Positions 62,984 through 64,000 of a DNA stretch of 64,000 nucleotides are shown here, piece by piece. Position 1 is the first letter of the stretch, and every line of letters starts with the position of its first letter. The stretch comes from Eubacteriales bacterium (GTDB lineage Bacteria; Bacillota; Clostridia; Christensenellales; CAG-138). A program made the position numbers and the translations under genes. Where the stretch lies: the NCBI GenBank assembly GCA_021373115.1, contig JAJFTI010000002.1, positions 25,868-89,867 of the forward strand, given 5' to 3'. The notes beneath the pieces are model-generated. The model had not been told where the DNA came from. It did no database searches and saw only the letters and a program-made list of their open reading frames with translations.

Positions 62984-63640
62984 TTATGATTCGAGGGAAT
63001 ACGGCTTGAGCAGCACGTCAAAGTCCTTGCCCGCGTCGTCCTGCATAGTCTTGAAGACCCAGCCTTCTACGTTTTGCACATCGACGCCGAGATCCGCAAG
63101 CGGTTTGGCCGCAATGACGAAGACGATGTCCTTGTCGTTTACCGTCTCGTCCTTTGCCCATTCAAACTTACCCGCGGGCAGTTGAATGCCGTAATGGTCC
63201 AGCGCGGCGTGATAACTCAAAACGGAGCGGTCTGCTTTTGCGCTTTCGAACAGCGCATCGGTGATCGAGGTTTTCCCGCCCGTGCCGGCACCGAAGTCGG
63301 CGACGAGATAAAGCGAATCGGCATCTGTACGGTAACCCGCGCCGAGCCTGGCGGGATCAAGACCCGCATCCAGGAATGGCTGGAGCGGGGTTTGCAGCAC
63401 AAGGTCTTCCGTGCCGGTGAGGCTGTAATCGCTGCTGACTTTCAACGTGGTTACTCCGTCAACGGATAGATAGAAGTAGTGGTCGTTTGCCGTATGATCC
63501 GTTACGACTGTCGGGAACTTCTCAATGATCGTATTCAGCGACGCGGGGCTGTATTTGAGGATGACGTCGGCAGCCGCGCAGCCCGTGAGCAGCGCCGCGG
63601 CCAGCGCGAGAGCGAGTATGACGAAAATAAGCTTTTTCAT
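62984..63640 (-). CDS. Hypothetical lipoprotein (218 aa)
   Basis: MKKLIFVILALALAAALLTGC lipobox. AGGAAAGGA RBS. No family recognised. Confidence 0.7.
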   Translation of the reverse strand: MKKLIFVILALALAAALLTGCAAADVILKYSPASLNTIIEKFPTVVTDHTANDHYFYLSVDGVTTLKVSSDYSLTGTEDLVLQTPLQPFLDAGLDPARLGAGYRTDADSLYLVADFGAGTGGKTSITDALFESAKADRSVLSYHAALDHYGIQLPAGKFEWAKDETVNDKDIVFVIAAKPLADLGVDVQNVEGWVFKTMQDDAGKDFDVLLKPYSLES

Positions 63641-63663
63641 ATGATAATATTCCTTTCCTGGAC

Positions 63664-64000
63664 TTAGTCCTTGAACCGAAACCGCTTCAGGCGCAGAGCG
63701 TTGGAAACGACCGAAACCGAGCTCAGCGCCATGGCCGCGCCCGCAAACACAGGCGTGAGCAGCGGACCGCCGAAGGCGTAGAACACGCCTGCGGCAAACG
63801 GAATGCCGACGATGTTATACGCAAACGCCCAGAAGAGGTTTTGGCGGATGTTGCGGATGGTCGCGCGCGAGAGCGCCACCGCCGCGCCGACGGCGGAGAG
63901 GTCGCCGCGCATGAGCACTACGTCCGCGGATTCAACCGCGACGTCCGTGCCCGTACCGATGGCCATACCGACGTCCGCCTGTACGAGTGCGGGCGCGTCG
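63664..64000 (-). CDS. Heavy-metal-translocating P-type ATPase (P1B), 3' part only; 5' end outside window
   Basis: [19 protein letters not shown] (hinge GTGTD), ..[18 protein letters not shown].. and C-terminal [17 protein letters not shown] are typical CopA/ZntA-type endings. The frame is open to the window edge. Confidence 0.85.
   Translation of the reverse strand, partial: DAPALVQADVGMAIGTGTDVAVESADVVLMRGDLSAVGAAVALSRATIRNIRQNLFWAFAYNIVGIPFAAGVFYAFGGPLLTPVFAGAAMALSSVSVVSNALRLKRFRFKD

Noticed and set aside
1-64000. CRISPR arrays, tRNA/rRNA genes, IS elements, integrases, prophage or defence-system genes
   Set aside because: I found no regularly spaced direct repeats, no cloverleaf-like or rRNA-like stretches in intergenic regions, and no ORF with transposase, recombinase, nuclease-helicase or other defence-type motifs. 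All substantial ORFs have metabolic, transport, regulatory or lipoprotein character. This was by-eye scanning, so short elements could have been missed.

Overview
Read by eye only, with no tools; family calls rest on motifs recognised from memory. The window looks like a chromosomal segment of a high-G+C, Gram-positive-type anaerobe. Signs of this are GGAGG-type Shine-Dalgarno sites, lipobox lipoproteins, DUF3798/BMP binding proteins and ferredoxin-linked enzymes; 'Clostridia-like' is only a guess. I can support about 53 protein genes. Two are cut by the window edges and one is broken by an in-frame stop. I saw no rRNA, tRNA, CRISPR array, transposase or integrase. Layout: (i) 1-7.5 kb: LacI-controlled sugar ABC / Gfo-Idh-MocA / NagA-like cluster. 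(ii) 7.7-9.1 kb: solo CapA-like gene. (iii) 9.2-24.8 kb: IclR-associated block with a DUF3798 binding lipoprotein, then aminotransferase, M20 hydrolase, MFS, four-subunit 2-oxoacid:ferredoxin oxidoreductase and ADP-forming acyl-CoA synthetase, then an ABC importer with no binding protein. (iv) 25.0-33.8 kb: LacI-controlled cluster with a creatinase-like M24 protein, CUT1 ABC importer, Php/phosphotriesterase-like hydrolase and an unknown protein, plus an AraC regulator. (v) 33.8-36.2 kb: AT-rich islet with a GT-C-like membrane protein interrupted by one in-frame TAA. (vi) 36.2-56.8 kb: the most unusual part. Behind a GntR regulator sits a corrinoid methyltransferase system (URO-D-type methyltransferase fused to a thioredoxin-like domain, corrinoid protein, non-pyrrolysine MtmB homologue, COG0523 GTPase, and at the far end a RACo/RamA-type activase plus DUF1638). 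It is wrapped around a BMP-type ABC importer, a three-subunit xanthine-dehydrogenase-family enzyme and two paralogous amidohydrolases. (vii) 56.8-60.8 kb: AT-richer accessory patch with two lipoproteins, a gene remnant and an orphan promoter/terminator unit. (viii) 60.8-64 kb: two-component system, lipoprotein and the 3' end of a P-type ATPase. I re-picked several start codons downstream of the track ORF starts using RBS position and N-terminal family motifs. The many long ORFs antisense to these genes are treated as high-G+C artefacts.
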